64,000 nucleotides of DNA, taken from the NCBI GenBank assembly GCA_937894795.1, contig CALCQV010000167.1, positions 1,502 through 65,501 on the forward strand, in the 5' to 3' direction. Below are positions 8,868 through 18,320 of this stretch, one piece after another; the first letter of the stretch is position 1; every line of letters begins with the position of its first letter. The notes under the pieces were generated by a model. It was not told where the DNA came from, ran no database searches, and was given only the letters and a program-made list of their open reading frames with translations. Both the position numbers and the translations under genes were made by a program. The DNA is from an uncultured Bacteroidales bacterium. GTDB taxonomy: Bacteria; Bacteroidota; Bacteroidia; Bacteroidales; Lentimicrobiaceae.

Positions 8868-9010
8868 CAGGTTTCTAATAATCTGTTTGCAGATTTCTGA
8901 TAAACAATTTGCAGGTTTCTGACAATTTATTTGCAGGTTTCTGATAAACAATATGCAGGTTTCTGACAATTTATATGCAGATTTCTGATTATTTATATGC
9001 AGATATCTGA
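8868..9010. repeat. 22-bp tandem repeat, about 6.5 copies, core CAG(G/A)TTTCTGA
   Basis: Units start at 8868, 8890, 8912, 8934, 8956, 8978 and 9000 (last one partial). Confidence 0.92.
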
Positions 9011-9119
9011 ATAAGTGCAACTTTTTGAGTGAATACGCATCTAAAAAGTATGGATTAACAACTATTTGAAGAAATAAACCCAAGAAAATAAATTGCTCAT
9101 AACTTAATCTAACTAACGC

Positions 9120-9272
9120 ATGACTGCCAGGCTAATTTTCCCAATAATGGGACTGACAAAAATAAGGCTCATAGTAAAACGCCATTACAAATGGCTTGTT
9201 GAACTTGTTGATGCTGATTTAATGCTGGAGGTAAGAGAAGAAGATTTCATACTCGACCAGCCTTCCACATAA
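9120..9272 (+). CDS. Small ORF, 50 aa, below the ORF-track cutoff
   Basis: Hand translation gives MTARLIFPIMGLTKIRLIVKRHYKWLVELVDADLMLEVREEDFILDQPST*, followed by a strong hairpin. Alternative start at ATG 9147. Confidence 0.5.
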   Translation: MTARLIFPIMGLTKIRLIVKRHYKWLVELVDADLMLEVREEDFILDQPST

Positions 9273-9306
9273 CAGTATTGGCTTTTGCCGATTAATACTG
9301 TAGCGG

Positions 9307-9350
9307 AATAACCCTGTAATGTCAATAGTTGTTGACATTACAGGGTTATT
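9307..9350. terminator. 19-bp perfect inverted repeat, terminator-like
   Basis: AATAACCCTGTAATGTCAA (9307-9325), loop TAGTTG, TTGACATTACAGGGTTATT (9332-9350). Confidence 0.7.
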
Positions 9351-9424
9351 GATTTATAACCAACAGAGTTTCATACCTTAGATGTCAGAATTAGTTAACT
9401 TTGCCTAAAATCTGTAGTAAATTT

Positions 9425-10099
9425 ATGATAGCAGCATCAGGTATTTATAAATCGTATGGTTCTTTAGAGGTTCTGAAAGGCGTTTCTCTCAACATTGACA
9501 AAGGTGAAATAGTGTCCATTACCGGAGCATCAGGTGCCGGCAAATCAACCTTATTGCATATACTCAGCACACTGGACAAAGCTGATGCCGGAAATATTGT
9601 AGTTGATGGAATTGACGTAGGCAAGCTTGATGATAAACGGCTTTCAGATTTCAGGAACAGGAAGATTGGCTTTGTGTTCCAGTTCCATCACCTGTTGCCT
9701 GAATTCACAGCCATAGAGAATATCTGCATTCCAGCTTTCATTGCAGGGAAGAGCACTAAAGCTGCAAGGACAAAGGCTATGGAGTTGCTTGATTTGCTTA
9801 AATTAAAGGACAGAATGGATCATAAACCTTCTGAATTGTCAGGTGGTGAACAGCAACGTGTTGCCATTGCGCGGGCTTTGATAAACGACCCTGCCGTTAT
9901 TATGGCCGATGAGCCATCAGGCAACCTTGACTCGGTTAATGCCAAGCAGTTGCATCAACTGTTTTTCGATTTACGACAGGTGCTTAACCAAACCATTTTG
10001 ATAGTAACCCACAATGAAGAACTTGCCGAAATGGCCGATAGAAGGATATTTATGCGTGATGGCTATATTTTTGATCATGAACTTACTGTTGTCCAATAA
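9425..10099 (+). CDS. lolD: LolD-family ABC transporter ATP-binding protein
   Basis: Walker [10 protein letters not shown], signature [17 protein letters not shown] and VTHN motifs. Start moved to ATG 9425. Confidence 0.85.
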   Translation: MIAASGIYKSYGSLEVLKGVSLNIDKGEIVSITGASGAGKSTLLHILSTLDKADAGNIVVDGIDVGKLDDKRLSDFRNRKIGFVFQFHHLLPEFTAIENICIPAFIAGKSTKAARTKAMELLDLLKLKDRMDHKPSELSGGEQQRVAIARALINDPAVIMADEPSGNLDSVNAKQLHQLFFDLRQVLNQTILIVTHNEELAEMADRRIFMRDGYIFDHELTVVQ

Positions 10100-10145
10100 T
10101 CTGATTTTTTGAGCGTTAATATTTTCTTCAGCAAGTGAATTAAAC

Positions 10146-12221
10146 ATGACATATTTCAATTACACACGAGTACTTCTAATACTAGTCCTTCTCATTACAT
10201 GTGCCGGCCAATCAATCGGGCAAACGACCGACAAACTAAAACTTCAGCAGTTTGAAGAAGCCATCACCCGTGGTGAGGAGTTTTTGCAGGCAAAAGATTA
10301 TGCAAAGGCTAAAGCCGAATACCAGAAGGCACTAAGTATTGATCCCCAGGCTAAATTTCCGAAAGATAAATTGGCTCAAATCAGAAAATTCTATATCGAT
10401 CCTAAGGATGAAGCTGATTTCAACGCCGCTATTTCTAAAGGTGATCAGTTAATGGCTTCGGGTAATTATGCTGCTGCAAAAGATCAATACGCTGCTGCTT
10501 TAATCATTAAACCTGAAGATCGCAGTGCCAGGGAAAAGGCAACCAATGCTGCAAAACTGGCTACCGATAGAGAACAGCTTCTAAAAGAATATGCTACACT
10601 CATTCAGGCCGCCGATAAACTGCTGCTCGAAAAGAATTATAATGCTGCCACTGAGAAATATCAACTTGCCGGGCAATTAAATACCGGTGAGTCCTACCCT
10701 GCTGCTAAAATAAAGGAGATTGAAAATATCCTTGCCAAACAGAAAGCGTTGGATGATTCGTATAACAAGGTGGTCTCTGAAGGTGATGAAGCTTATATGG
10801 ACAGGAACTTTGCACTGGCAAAAGCAAAGTATGAACAGGCTTCAAAGCTCAAACCGACAGAGAGCTACCCAAAAAATATGATGGAACGGGTACAGGAATC
10901 TATTCAGACACAAGCACTCAATGCTGCCCAACAAGAAAAGGAGATCAATGAAAATTACAATTCTGCCATATCATTGGGCGATCAGCACCTTAAGGAAAAA
11001 CGATTGAACGAAGCCTTGCAATCCTATCAATTGGCCGGTACACTCAAACCCGGTGAGGCATATCCTAAACAGAAAATTGATCATATAAATAAACTGCTGG
11101 CCGAACAGGAGGCTGCTCTTAAAGCAGAAATAGCAGCAAAAGAACTGGCGGAGAAACAGAAGGAAGAGGCTCGACTAGCTGAGATTGCCGCGCAGGAACT
11201 GGCAGAAAAGCAGAAAGAAGAAGCTTGCCTTGCAGCATTGGCACTGCAGGAGAAGGCTGAACTGCAGCGGCAGGATTCCATTAAGGCTGCAAATGAAGCT
11301 ATTGCACTGGCTGAAAAACAAAAGGAAGAGGCTCGACTATCCGAAATTGCTGAACAAGAAGCCTTGGCATTGGCTGAAAAACAAAAGGAAGAAGCCCGCC
11401 TGGCGGAGATTGCAGCGCAGGAGTTGGCAGAGAAGCAAAAGGAAGAGGCTCGTCTGGCTGAGTTGGCGAGAATTGAAGAGGAAAAGGCACAGCAGCTGGA
11501 ACTTGAGCAACGGTCAAAGATTGATCAGGAGTATTATGATGCGATTGACAAGGGGAATCAACTGTATGCCCAGCAGGACTTCACTTCTGCTCAGAAATTC
11601 TATGAGGTGGCTACAGAGCTGAAACCTATGGAGGACTTACCCAAGGACCGACTGCTGCTGATCAAGAATATACTACTGGAACGCTTGCGCAACAACCTAG
11701 AAGTCTATCATAAATTCGTTAATGCCGGTGATCTCGCCTACCAGTCGAACGTTTTCGACAAAGCGATCGAAGAGTTTGAAAAAGCCATTGCAACTCGTCC
11801 TGAGGAGCCCTACCCTTCGCTCATGATTGGAAAGATCAGAAAGCTGATGGAGGATAACGCCATTACGAATTTGATAACCGACACTATTCAGTTGCCCGAC
11901 ACTACAGAGCAGAAATACAGGTTCAATACCATTGAGATGCGTTTGCGTAAAAACAATTATATAGTCATTAAAGCAAGGAAAACTTCAGAGAAACCACCCA
12001 AAGTATTCATCAACTTCGGCAAGGATTCCCAGAAAAGCGGGGGTATTGTTCTTAAGACCATTGAAAGCGATGAAATAGTTGATTACCTGCTCAGAATCAG
12101 CGCTCAGGATATGTGGTACAGGAAAGACAACAACTGGATCAGCCTGTATTCAGAGGGCGGAAATCTTGAAATTTCCAGTATGCAGATATCACAAGGTGAC
12201 ATTCAAGGCATTAAGGAGTGA
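10146..12221 (+). CDS. Exported TPR-like protein with an internal charged helical repeat and an unassigned C-terminal beta domain
   Basis: N-terminal signal-like segment, repeated TPR-like units (A..KGD..M...NYAAAK.QY..AL..KP) and five LAEKQKEEA motifs. Confidence 0.8.
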   Translation: MTYFNYTRVLLILVLLITCAGQSIGQTTDKLKLQQFEEAITRGEEFLQAKDYAKAKAEYQKALSIDPQAKFPKDKLAQIRKFYIDPKDEADFNAAISKGDQLMASGNYAAAKDQYAAALIIKPEDRSAREKATNAAKLATDREQLLKEYATLIQAADKLLLEKNYNAATEKYQLAGQLNTGESYPAAKIKEIENILAKQKALDDSYNKVVSEGDEAYMDRNFALAKAKYEQASKLKPTESYPKNMMERVQESIQTQALNAAQQEKEINENYNSAISLGDQHLKEKRLNEALQSYQLAGTLKPGEAYPKQKIDHINKLLAEQEAALKAEIAAKELAEKQKEEARLAEIAAQELAEKQKEEACLAALALQEKAELQRQDSIKAANEAIALAEKQKEEARLSEIAEQEALALAEKQKEEARLAEIAAQELAEKQKEEARLAELARIEEEKAQQLELEQRSKIDQEYYDAIDKGNQLYAQQDFTSAQKFYEVATELKPMEDLPKDRLLLIKNILLERLRNNLEVYHKFVNAGDLAYQSNVFDKAIEEFEKAIATRPEEPYPSLMIGKIRKLMEDNAITNLITDTIQLPDTTEQKYRFNTIEMRLRKNNYIVIKARKTSEKPPKVFINFGKDSQKSGGIVLKTIESDEIVDYLLRISAQDMWYRKDNNWISLYSEGGNLEISSMQISQGDIQGIKE

Positions 12222-12312
12222 TTTTTTTTCACAATAGTTCGTTATCTTCCCATTAACCTTCTTGGAGTTTGGATTAATTTTCGCAAATTTGCGCTCGCTT
12301 TAGCACGGGAAT

Positions 12313-13773
12313 ATGGAAAAGTACTTCGAAATTTTCAGACAGAATACTATTGGTTCTAATCTGCGTTACATCACACCTTATGGTGAGCAGAAATTGATTT
12401 ATGCAGATTGGATTGCAAGCGGACGACTATATGAGCCAATTGAAAACAGGCTTACAAACGAAATAGGGCCATTCATCGGCAATACGCATACCGAAACAAG
12501 TGAAACCGGCACCTCCATGACCCGTGCTTATCATCAGGCACACAATATCATAAAACGTCATGTGAACGCCGGGCCGGATGATTTGATTATTACGGCAGGT
12601 TTCGGCATGACCGGAGTTATTGTTAAATTCCAGAGAATGCTGGGCTTGAAAATATGCGGACAGTTAACTGACAATAAATGTTTTAAGGATAAAGTCAGAC
12701 CTGTGGTCTTTGTCACTCACATGGAACATCATTCAAACCATACTTCGTGGTTTGAGACGATTAGTGATGTTGTCGTACTGCAGCCTGATAAGGATCTCCT
12801 GGTAGATCCCGAAGAATTACGCAGACAGCTGGAAATATACAAGGACAGGCCGGTAAAGTATGGCGCTTTCACTGCCTGTTCAAACGTTACAGGGGTAAGA
12901 ACGCCCTACCACACGCTGGCTAAGATAATGCATGAGTACGGAGGATACTGTTTCATTGACTTCGCAGCTTCTGCACCTTATGAAGAGATAAATATGCATC
13001 CTGAAGATCCAATGGAACATTTAGATGCTATTATGTTCTCACCACATAAGTTCCTGGGTGGGCCGGGCTCTTCAGGTGTGTTGGTCTTTAATAGGGCTAT
13101 GTACCATAACCAAACACCCGATCAACCGGGCGGTGGCACCGTCGACTGGACAAATCCATGGGGTGAATTCAAATACGTTGACGATATTGAAGTGAGGGAG
13201 GATGGCGGAACCCCCGGTTTCATGCAAGCTATCAGAAGTGCTCTCTGCATTGAATTAAAGGAGCGTATGGGTGTCACCAATATGAGGATGAGAGAGCATG
13301 AACTGCTTGAAATTGCCTTTAAAGGATTAAATTCCATTGATGAACTGCATATACTCGCCCCGGAGCAAAAAGACCGTCTGGGTGTGATTTCATTCTATTT
13401 CGAGAATATCCATTATAACCTGGTGGTAAAACTACTGAGTGACCGGTTTGGAGTGCAGGTAAGGGGCGGTTGTGCCTGTGCCGGCACCTATGGCCACTAT
13501 CTGCTAGATGTTAGCTATGAATATTCTAAACAAATAACGGAGCTCATCAATCACGGCGATCTTTCAAAGAAACCGGGCTGGGTCAGGCTGTCACTGCATC
13601 CTACCATGACGGATAATGAACTGCATTCTGTCATCCATGCATTGAAGGAAATTCAGAAAAATCACAAGGAGTGGGAGAAAGACTATGTGTACAATAAGCA
13701 TACCAACGAGTTTAAGCACTTCCGTGATAACTGCGCTATAACTGACCGCGTTAATAATTGGTTTAAAATCTGA
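12313..13773 (+). CDS. Class V PLP-dependent aminotransferase / cysteine desulfurase-like protein
   Basis: HMEHHSN, ACSNVTG, SPHKFLGGPG (PLP lysine) and VRGGCACAG motifs. Confidence 0.92.
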   Translation: MEKYFEIFRQNTIGSNLRYITPYGEQKLIYADWIASGRLYEPIENRLTNEIGPFIGNTHTETSETGTSMTRAYHQAHNIIKRHVNAGPDDLIITAGFGMTGVIVKFQRMLGLKICGQLTDNKCFKDKVRPVVFVTHMEHHSNHTSWFETISDVVVLQPDKDLLVDPEELRRQLEIYKDRPVKYGAFTACSNVTGVRTPYHTLAKIMHEYGGYCFIDFAASAPYEEINMHPEDPMEHLDAIMFSPHKFLGGPGSSGVLVFNRAMYHNQTPDQPGGGTVDWTNPWGEFKYVDDIEVREDGGTPGFMQAIRSALCIELKERMGVTNMRMREHELLEIAFKGLNSIDELHILAPEQKDRLGVISFYFENIHYNLVVKLLSDRFGVQVRGGCACAGTYGHYLLDVSYEYSKQITELINHGDLSKKPGWVRLSLHPTMTDNELHSVIHALKEIQKNHKEWEKDYVYNKHTNEFKHFRDNCAITDRVNNWFKI

Positions 13774-13830
13774 TCAGTTACTGGTATTAATTTCCGGTAT
13801 CAGAAATTCAAATTATTCCTGATATTAGAT

Positions 13831-15168
13831 TTAATCAGTAAGAGTAATCAGGGTGATTTCAGGCAGTATGCCTACTCTGCCCGGATAAGCTATATGCCCC
13901 AGTCCCAGGTTCACGTACAAGCGTGAAATGTGTTTATTGGCCAACTCTTTCTTGTACATGCCTCCCCAGTTTTTGAAAACGTACTGTGAGGGGCTCCATT
14001 TTATGCCAAATCCCTGAAATCCCATTTGCATGCCGTGTGTATGACCTGAAAGCGTTAAATCAAACTGCGGGTATTTCTTTACAACCTCTGCCTCCCAATG
14101 GGTTGGATCATGCGACATTAATATACTGACATCAGCAGATGGAGCATCTTTCATAGTAAGCCTCATATCGCCATACCTGTGGAATCTGGCAATGTCACTC
14201 CAGTTTTCCACACCTGCCAACAAAATGGAGCCACCATCAATGTTAATCACTGTATGCTCATTTCGCATCAGCTTCCATCCTATTTTTTCATAGAAAGCCT
14301 CCAGCTTCTTCAGATCATTAGCCTTAGCCTCCTCATCGGGCCATGGCACATAATCGCCATAATCATGATTACCTAATATTGCATACACTCCCATCTTAGC
14401 CTTCACTTTACTGAGAATAGTCTCATAACCCTCTGTTTCATTGGAGCTGTAGTTGACCATATCTCCGGTAAAAAGTACCAGATCAGGCTTTAAGTCATTT
14501 ACAATGGCCACGGCCTTCTCCATAGGAGCCTTATTTGCCCAACTACCCAAATGGATGTCAGACAACTGCACAATTCGCAGTCCTTGTAATGATTCGGGCA
14601 GGCCATCTATGCTAACATCCACCTCACGCGTTTTAAACTTGGATACCCAATGAATACTTCCGATAAACAAACCGAAAAAAGCTAAACTTCCCAATATAAT
14701 TGCCATTCTTTTTAAAAACTTTACAATGTATAAATAAGTGCTTGAAGGCGAAGCCTTCCATTTGAATAACTTCCTGACCAACTCAAGAAGCAAGGGTATA
14801 ATCAAAAAAACAAATAATACCGTTTTGGCTATAAGTGCCATGATACCGACCCCCGGCAGGTATATTTTCAGATATTTGTTCCATTCCTGTAAGGGAACAT
14901 AAGAAGCGGAGATCAAGAAAACCGCCATCAGCAACACAGGCAGCCACCACATCACTATTAAAAAACCCTTGAATCGCTTGGTAAGCAATGGCCTGGCATC
15001 CCTGATAAAATTAAAAACGAGGTATTCTAAAAGAAGATAAATCCCCAACATCGGTACCCTGCCTGAGTATTGAGGCAGTGATGTTTTCAGCAGAAAATAT
15101 AGTGCTGTCAGTAAAACAAGTATCAAAAAGCCTATCCTGTATTTAAGCTGAACTCTCTTTATTTTCAA
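13831..15168 (-). CDS. Membrane-anchored metallophosphoesterase (YkuE/YaeI-like)
   Basis: SDIHLG, FTGDMVN, LGNHDY and SGHTHG calcineurin-like motifs after several N-terminal TM helices. Confidence 0.92.
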   Translation of the reverse strand: MKIKRVQLKYRIGFLILVLLTALYFLLKTSLPQYSGRVPMLGIYLLLEYLVFNFIRDARPLLTKRFKGFLIVMWWLPVLLMAVFLISASYVPLQEWNKYLKIYLPGVGIMALIAKTVLFVFLIIPLLLELVRKLFKWKASPSSTYLYIVKFLKRMAIILGSLAFFGLFIGSIHWVSKFKTREVDVSIDGLPESLQGLRIVQLSDIHLGSWANKAPMEKAVAIVNDLKPDLVLFTGDMVNYSSNETEGYETILSKVKAKMGVYAILGNHDYGDYVPWPDEEAKANDLKKLEAFYEKIGWKLMRNEHTVINIDGGSILLAGVENWSDIARFHRYGDMRLTMKDAPSADVSILMSHDPTHWEAEVVKKYPQFDLTLSGHTHGMQMGFQGFGIKWSPSQYVFKNWGGMYKKELANKHISRLYVNLGLGHIAYPGRVGILPEITLITLTD

Positions 15169-15225
15169 GATAAACCTGTGTTATTAAAATCCAATCTCAC
15201 TTTTGTGCTCCTTAATTTGCGGCAG

Positions 15226-15233
15226 CAAAGGTA
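15226..15233 (-). promoter_or_regulatory. Bacteroidota sigma-70 -7 element for the metallophosphoesterase gene
   Basis: TACCTTTG on the minus strand about 58 nt upstream of the ATG; matches TAnnTTTG. Confidence 0.6.
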
Positions 15234-15242
15234 TATATAATT

Positions 15243-18053
15243 TCATTTGCTCCTAAGTCTGAGGGCATTACCTATTACAGATACTGAACTAAAACTCATG
15301 GCGACGGCTGCAATCATCGGGCTGAGCAGAATTCCAAAGAATGGGAATAATATGCCTGCCGCAACAGGTACACCCAGCACATTGTAAATAAAAGCAAAGA
15401 ACAGGTTCTGCTTTATATTTTTCATTACTTCGTGGCTTAACTTTTTAGCTCTGGCAATTCCATTCAAGTCGCCTTTAACCAATGTAATCTCGGCAGTCTG
15501 CATAGCTATGTCGGTTCCTGTGCCCATAGCTATTCCAATATTGGCCTGTGCAAGTGCCGGTGCATCATTGATACCATCACCTGCCATTGCTACCATGCTG
15601 CCATTCTGTTGCAGCTCTTTAATCTTGTTGAATTTATCGTCAGGCAGGCATTCAGCCTTAAAGTCCTTAATATTCAATTCATCGGCAACAGCCTTGGCTG
15701 ATAGTTCATTATCGCCCGTAAGCATAATTACCCTGACCCCCATATCGTGCAGTTGTTCCAATGCACGTCTGGAAGTACTTTTTATCTTGTCGGCCACACT
15801 CACCATGCCTTCAATCTTATTATCCACCAGCAGGTACATCACGGTCTGGCCTGCCCGTTGAAGGTGCTCTACTGTCAACCGGTCACTGTCGGTCAGTTCG
15901 GCCCCTGAGTCCTTTAAAAGCTTTGCATTACCCAATCTGATTTGTTGTGAGTTAGCCACCCCTTCTACACCTTTGCCGGTGATCGAAATAAAACTATCAA
16001 TAGGTAGCAGGCTGATCTTTTGCTCTTTAGCTCCCTTCACAATGGCTTCAGCAAGCGGATGCTCGCTATGTGCATCAACCGAAGCAGCCAACTGTAGTAT
16101 TTGGTCGGCTGAAATGCTGCCAAAAGTCCTGAACTCCTTAAGACTTGGCTTTCCCTCAGTAAGCGTACCCGTTTTATCAACAATGAGGGTGTCAATTTTA
16201 TTCATCTCTTCCATTGCGCGGGCGTCCTTAACCAGAATGCCCGACTGTGCCCCTCTGCCGGTACCAACCATTATTGACATGGGCGTTGCCAATCCAAGTG
16301 CACAGGGACAGGCAATGATAAGCACAGAAACAGCATTCACGAATGCATATACCAGTGAAGGTTCAGGTCCCCAGACAGCCCAAATGGCGAAAGTTGTCAA
16401 GGCTATGGCAATAATTATCTGTACAAAGTATTTGGCTATGGTATCAGCTATTCGTTGTATAGGTGCCCTGGAGCGTCCGGCTTCATTGACCATTTCTATG
16501 ATCCTGGCCAGCAATGTGTCTTTGCCTACTTTCTCGGCTTTCAGCACAAAACTGGTCTGCCCGTTTATGGTACCACCAATAACTTTATCGCCCTGCATCT
16601 TTTCAACCGGCATGGCCTCGCCGGTAATCATACTCTCATCTAAGGTTGCTTCACCTTGTGAGATAATACCATCAACAGGCACCTTCTCACCCGGTTTCAC
16701 TCTCAATAAATCACCTGCCATAACATGCTCCAGTGGAATTTCTTCTTCTGAACCATCACGTATAATTCTTGCTATCGGTGGAACCAGGTTCAACAGCGAC
16801 TTGATGGCTGTATTGGTTTTATTATGGGCCCTGAGCTCCAGTACCTGTCCCAGCAGCACTAACGTCAGAATAACGGCTGCCGATTCAAAGTACAAGTGCA
16901 CATTTCCATGCATATCTTTAAACTGATCGGGGAATATGGCGGGCATGAGAAGCGCTGCAACACTAAAAATATAGGCCGCACCCACTCCTATGGATATCAG
17001 AGTCCACATGTTGGGCGATCGACGTACCACTGAGCTGTATCCTCTCCTGAAGAACTGCCAGCCCGAATAAAATACAACCGGTGTAGTCAAAACGAAGGAT
17101 ACCCAATTCAATATGCCTCTGTTGGTCATTACAAACTCCTTTAAAAAAGGAATCATCTCCGACATGCCTATAAAAAACACAGGAATTGTCAGTACCACCG
17201 CAATCCAAAACTTGCGTCTCATATTAATATATGCCGTATCCTCTTCCTGTTCCGGCCCGGCAGTCATTGGCACGAGATCCATACCACAAATAGGACAATC
17301 GCCGGGGCCATCCCGCCTGATCTCGGGATGCATGGGACAGGTATAAACGGTGGTTGATTGGGTAAAACCCTCCTCCTTAACCAGATTCATCCCACAAACA
17401 GGACATTCGCCGGGCTTGTCGTAGGTTTTATCACCTTCACAATGCATAGGGCAATAATAACGCGGCCCACCCATCTTAACCTCTTTGAATGATGAGGCAG
17501 CGGTAGCAGTTTTTTTTGTGGCTTTAGCAGCATCAGGTGATAAAGCAACTTTCTTCCTGACAGGTATACCTCCCGGAAGATCTGCAGCTGATTTCAGGAA
17601 CATATTGCATACCGGACAACGGCCGGGAGCATCGTACGTCTTATCTCCCTCGCAGAACATAGGGCAATAATACACCTCCTTCTTTTTTACTGCATCATGC
17701 ATTTTAATTTCATTGGCAGGAATGAGAAACATACCACATACCGGACAAGAGCCCGGATCTCTGTAGGTTTTATCATCCTCACACTGCATGGGACAAGCAT
17801 ACCTCACCTGGTTAGAGGGAATTTCCCCGGATGAATCAGCTTTTATACCAGCCGGCTTCTCAGCAACCATGGTTAGGGCTGAAGGCTCATTAAAAGAGTG
17901 TTTGCCGGCGGAAGCATGTGTTGATTTAACTGTTGGCACTAAAAACATCCCACATACAGGGCACCTTCCCGGTTCATTGTAAACTTTATCACCCTCGCAA
18001 TGCATCGGGCAATACCAGGTAGTGGTTTCTTTATTATCTGACAAAGCTTTCAT
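15243..18053 (-). CDS. copA: Heavy-metal P1B-type ATPase, Cu+-type
   Basis: ITGE, IACPCALGLATP, DKTGTLT, SEHPL, TGDN, GDGINDAP, YN and AMSFSS motifs, plus five N-terminal (W/Y)xCPMx..GxCPxCxM repeats. Confidence 0.93.
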   Translation of the reverse strand: MKALSDNKETTTWYCPMHCEGDKVYNEPGRCPVCGMFLVPTVKSTHASAGKHSFNEPSALTMVAEKPAGIKADSSGEIPSNQVRYACPMQCEDDKTYRDPGSCPVCGMFLIPANEIKMHDAVKKKEVYYCPMFCEGDKTYDAPGRCPVCNMFLKSAADLPGGIPVRKKVALSPDAAKATKKTATAASSFKEVKMGGPRYYCPMHCEGDKTYDKPGECPVCGMNLVKEEGFTQSTTVYTCPMHPEIRRDGPGDCPICGMDLVPMTAGPEQEEDTAYINMRRKFWIAVVLTIPVFFIGMSEMIPFLKEFVMTNRGILNWVSFVLTTPVVFYSGWQFFRRGYSSVVRRSPNMWTLISIGVGAAYIFSVAALLMPAIFPDQFKDMHGNVHLYFESAAVILTLVLLGQVLELRAHNKTNTAIKSLLNLVPPIARIIRDGSEEEIPLEHVMAGDLLRVKPGEKVPVDGIISQGEATLDESMITGEAMPVEKMQGDKVIGGTINGQTSFVLKAEKVGKDTLLARIIEMVNEAGRSRAPIQRIADTIAKYFVQIIIAIALTTFAIWAVWGPEPSLVYAFVNAVSVLIIACPCALGLATPMSIMVGTGRGAQSGILVKDARAMEEMNKIDTLIVDKTGTLTEGKPSLKEFRTFGSISADQILQLAASVDAHSEHPLAEAIVKGAKEQKISLLPIDSFISITGKGVEGVANSQQIRLGNAKLLKDSGAELTDSDRLTVEHLQRAGQTVMYLLVDNKIEGMVSVADKIKSTSRRALEQLHDMGVRVIMLTGDNELSAKAVADELNIKDFKAECLPDDKFNKIKELQQNGSMVAMAGDGINDAPALAQANIGIAMGTGTDIAMQTAEITLVKGDLNGIARAKKLSHEVMKNIKQNLFFAFIYNVLGVPVAAGILFPFFGILLSPMIAAVAMSFSSVSVIGNALRLRSK

Positions 18054-18276
18054 CTAAAGTACAATTTCATGATAATTCAATTTGCCGGCCAATTGACCGG
18101 TTAACACGACTATTAAGAAGCAATATAAAAAAGCAACTTGACGACATTATTGATCGGTTTAATGACATTAAACAACTGATGGGGTCTAATAGTTGAAGCA
18201 AAGGCCGGAACACCGCTTGTATCACGACTCAAAAAGAAATCAGCAAATATAATTACGAGAAACCAAGGCAATAAAA

Positions 18277-18308
18277 AAAGTGCTGTAATCAACGATTAAC
18301 AGCACTTT
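18277..18308 (-). terminator. Terminator downstream of the tRNA-Ser/tRNA-Pro pair
   Basis: Stem AAAGTGCTGT/ACAGCACTTT, with a T-tract on the minus strand. Confidence 0.75.
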
Positions 18309-18320
18309 CAGTTTTAAAAG

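Noticed and set aside
8868-9010. 22-bp array read as a CRISPR array
   Set aside because: The variable parts are only about 9 nt and themselves repeat, there are no unique 25-45 nt spacers, and there are no cas genes in the window.
8715-9083. 122-aa minus-strand ORF crossing the 22-bp array
   Set aside because: TTG-type start, composition dictated by the repeat, and antisense overlap with the 66-aa ORF. Most likely open by chance.
11185-11622. 145-aa Arg/Lys/Trp-rich ORF in an alternative frame
   Set aside because: It is a frame-shifted reading of the LAEKQKEEA repeat inside the TPR gene.
15973-16926. 317-aa plus-strand ORF, and similar shadow ORFs antisense to hydB, sucC, ffh, typA and rpsA
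   Set aside because: They are antisense to well-supported conserved genes and have no motifs or credible start context.
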